DNA of 64,000 nt. It comes from Mobula hypostoma (taxonomy: Eukaryota). Position numbers and translations under genes: made by a program. Below, in pieces: positions 60,137 to 64,000 of this stretch (position 1 is its first letter; every line of letters begins with the position of its first letter). Location: contig NC_086097.1 of NCBI RefSeq assembly GCF_963921235.1, forward strand, positions 215,576,001-215,640,000, read 5' to 3'. Under the pieces are notes generated by a model, which was given only the letters and a program-made list of their open reading frames with translations, was not told where the DNA came from and made no database searches.

Positions 60137-62815
60137 CTTATACAACCTTGAGATTCATCTCCTTACAGGCAGCCACAATCTCAAGGTTATATACTGTACC
60201 TGAAAAGCTATTTATATTCATATTTCAGAAGGAGCTCTGTAATTTTGTTTATAAGTGTGTTGTGTTAACCCTAGCCTCTCAGCTCATATCTCATAATGTG
60301 TTGGGATCATAAGTTCCCACAAGCCATCAGAGGAGTAGGTTGATCCAGGAGCAATAGATACAATAATGAAGTGAGAAATATTAGTTTCTTTCATATAAAT
60401 AGCGTATTCTTGGATTTAAATATTACACTACCGAGGCTAACTTTTGATTGTTTGTAATTTGAATTAGGGTTTCTGTGTGATTGTAGCTGTCAAGGGGTTC
60501 CACCAGTGAGAACAGCTGGTCACAATAGATAAATGCATGACAGCTGTTCCTGATGGATTTGGACTTGAAAATTGACTGACTGAAAGAGATAAGATTGTTT
60601 CCAGAAATCTGGGAGGGTGTCTTCCTTTCTACTATTCCTCTGATATTCTCCATGCTGACAGGTAGCTCTGATGACATCATCAAAGTTAGAAAAAAAAAGT
60701 TCTGAGAAAATGGAGGTTAAGAGCAAAGAAATGGATTTTAACTAAGATAAATGCCAGGTTCAATTTCAACCATTTCAGTACCAAGAAAAACATAACTTTC
60801 TCCACTGTTGTCCTAAGCGCACTTACGCAGCTTTTCCATGCTCTAAACATTGAGGATATGCATTTCACCAGCCAACGTTCTCAGTATGCCCTTCTCAGTA
60901 GTAATCACCGGGTAGTAATCACCCATGATGCCATACGGTATCTGTTGCACATCAATTTGTTTTATTTTCCAGAAGCACAATGCTAATCTTCCACTCTAAT
61001 ATTTGTTAAAAAAGAAATTAAGCCAGGAAAGTAATAGTATAACCAACAGAATCAATCTTTATAGAGTAATTCAGATAAGCTACCTCAAGAGTGACAATAA
61101 AGTTGAAACTGGCATTTCCAGATGAATTGTCAAAGACATAATTTATCGGAAGGTGATGAAACTTTGCAAGTGCACAACAGCTTAATGCGTAAGAGAAGTG
61201 AGAGAAGGGGGTTGTCCACTGGATCACACCTTTTAATAAGATGATATTGCAGAGAAAATCATTATGCAGAAGATAAAATAGCCGTAGTTTTGTAACTGCA
61301 CATTAGTGCAGGTTTAACAAATTTTCAAGTAAGTGTGCAGTTAAAAAATATATTAATTGATTTCGGAAACAGTTGTCCATTATTAATAGTTTATTTGCTT
61401 CACATTTGTCACAACTTTATAATAAATGACTATAGCAATCCTGGATGAGGATTTTAAAGTCAAAGGTCATTGTTTTTAAACAAAACAAGAAGAAAATAAA
61501 TTGTAAAGGTAGGTTTTAATACTCCCTCCCTTCCCCACTCCAACATTTACTGGGGAGATAATGAGGCTCCATTTAGGTGGCCAAAGTCTCATGCTTGAAA
61601 GAATACAACAAACTAATTGCTACCCCTCGAAATTACAACTGTCACATTTGCTATTTAAGTATCAATTAATATAGAGCAAAAATGGAAATGCAAAACAGCA
61701 GAGTAAAATTTATAACCACCAACATTTTTTTTTGTAAAACAGAAAATCATTGTCCCTTAATTTATGCACTGATTATCTTGCTTCAGAGCAATCCTTGGCT
61801 TCAGCCAAAAATGGTTCCCGATTCCTTGCACAATAATATTGGCTAAAATGTTAAGGCTTGAAGTGAGCTACACGACAAAAAAAAATCTGTGAAATTTTAC
61901 CAATGTTGTAATTAAGCACTAATGGTGCATCAATCATCTAATCATCTGGACATTACTATCAGTGGGTTTTGTCCAACTGCTGAAAGGATAATTTCATTAC
62001 ATAGATTTTGAACTGCATATACCTGATGTTTTAGTAGATTGAACAATTTGCAAATGAGTATTTCTAAAAAGCCTTAAAAATTGTTTTTCATGTTCTGCTT
62101 TCACGTCTGGATTCGGTGTATGGGTAAATGTGTGTGTGTAGATTGCAATTTTCAAGTGCATTACTCCTCACAGCCTAGACTGCTTCTTGCTTTCAGCCTC
62201 TCGCACTCTCCGGTTGCTGCAGTAACCACCCAATTAGAGATCTCTCTGCCTGATATGCATGCGGGACAGTAATAACATTTAAATAGCTTCTGAAAGAAGC
62301 ATAATCAGGATATATAGTTCACTATTATGATTGGGGAGTGGGAAGAACTGGCTTGCTTCTTTAAATGAGTATGGGAAGCATACAATTGAAAGCAGTTCTG
62401 CAGCGCAGGGCTGAGTGCTGGTTGATCTCGCTGCTTCCCAGCTGTAATGGTGCATCTCTCACCTTTGCGATGGCACGTGACAATAACCCAATTAATTCAA
62501 AACATAATAATTTGCAAGAGCTATGGAGTGACTCAGAAGCAATGATAATCCTTCTACATAAGCAATGGAACACTCACTACTGTTTCTGCAGGGTCTATAT
62601 GAGGACCACGGAAAGTAAAAGAACAAAGCAACTGAATAAATATGACTTTAACGGGCTGTCAGCCTGTAGGCCCCAAATCACAACACATATACTCATGATT
62701 CTGGGACAAAGGGGAAGGGAACAATCCAAAATTTTTGTTTATCACAAAATTTTCACGCTCAGCCACTCATCAAGAAAAGGGAAATTTATGAACTGAAGAG
62801 CGTTTGCTGTGAAAT

Positions 62816-64000
62816 AGAATCAGAATCAGGTTTATTATCACCGGCATGTGTCGTGAAATTTGTTAAGTTAGAAGAAGCAGTTCAATGCAATATACAATAT
62901 AGAAGAAAAATAAATAAATAAATAACTGTTAATCATTTACAGTATATGCATATTGAATACATTAAAAATCATACAAAAACAGAAATTATATATATATATA
63001 AAGTGAGGTAGTGTCCAAGGGTTCAATGTCCATTTAGGAATTGGATGGCAGAGGGGAAGAAGCTGTTCCTGAATCACTGAATGTGTGCCTTCAGGCTTCT
63101 GTATCTCCTACCTGATGTGAGGAAAGGGCATGCCCTGGGTGATGGAGGTCCTTAATAATGGACGCTGCCTTTCTGAGACACTGCTCCTTGAAGGTGTCCT
63201 GGGTAATTTGTAGGCTAGTAGCCAAGATGGAGCCGAATAAATTTACGACTCTCTGCAACTTCTTTAGGTCCTGTGCAGTAGCCACACCCCCTCCCCATAC
63301 CAGACAGTCAGAATACTCTCCACAGTACAGTATAGAAGTTTTTTAGTGTTTTTGTTGACCTGCCAAATCTCTTCAAACTCCCTAATAAAGTATAGTTGCT
63401 GTCTTGCCTTTACAACTGCATCGATATGTTGGGACCGGGTTAGATCCTCAGAGATCCTGACTCTCAGGAACTTGAAACTGCTCACTCTTTCCTCATCTGA
63501 TCCCTCTATGAGGATTGGTATGTTTCCTTCATTTTACCCTTCCTGAAGTCCACAGTCATCGCTTTTGTCTTACTTATGTTGAGTGCGAGGTCGTTGCTGC
63601 GACACCACTCCACTAGTTGGTATATCTCGCTCCTGTACACCCTCTCATCTCCAACTGAGTTTTGCTGATAAAGGTTGTATTATCAGTAAATTTATAGATG
63701 GTATTTGAGCTATGCCTAGCCACACAGTCATGGGTATAGAGAGAGTAGAGCAGTGGGCTAAGCACACGCCCAAGGTGCACCAGTGTTGATCGTCAGCCAG
63801 GAGGAGATGTTATCACCAACCTGCACAGATTGTGGTCTTCTGGTTAGGAAGTTGAAGAACCAATTACAGAGGGAGGTATAGAGGCCCAGGTGGGAATGAT
63901 GGTGTCAAATGCTGAGCTGTAGTCGATGAACAGCATCCTGACATAGGTGTTAATATTGTCTAGGTGGTCTAAGGCTGTGTGATGAGCCATTGAGATTGTG
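62816..64000 (-). mobile_element. Rex1/Babar-type LINE, disrupted, running off the window
   Basis: (GAATCA)n tail at 62816-62830; FKFLRVRISEDL peptide and DYSSAFDTI-like sequence near 63900; similar to 23751-25766. Confidence 0.9.

Noticed and set aside
60423..61227. Short minus-strand ORFs as exons of a receptor-like gene
   Set aside because: No consistent frame, splice signals or family motifs.
62365..62796. 143-aa ORF as a host gene
   Set aside because: No recognisable motif, atypical composition and no supporting exon structure.

Overview
Vertebrate genomic DNA dominated by transposon remnants. The mix of HE1/V-type SINEs, CR1, Rex1/Babar, RTE and Penelope repeats points to a cartilaginous fish, probably a ray (inference). 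I found no recognisable host gene, so this looks like intron or gene-desert sequence; nearly all long ORFs are LINE reverse-transcriptase pieces or their antisense shadows. The most notable structure is a ~22.8-kb inversion (~27177-49996) readable from the sequence. It separates the two halves of one Buster/Charlie hAT transposon (matching 8-bp TSD CTTTACCT), breaks a Rex-type LINE at CGGTGACC (present, inverted, at both breakpoints) and splits a further nested repeat. Also notable: a young Penelope-like insertion forming a perfect 92-bp inverted repeat with an intact minimal hammerhead ribozyme motif, a near-full-length CR1 patched with an inverted piece of another CR1 subfamily, two solo LTRs, nested insertions and two minisatellites. 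Repeat boundaries are read by eye and approximate unless a TSD or TIR is quoted.
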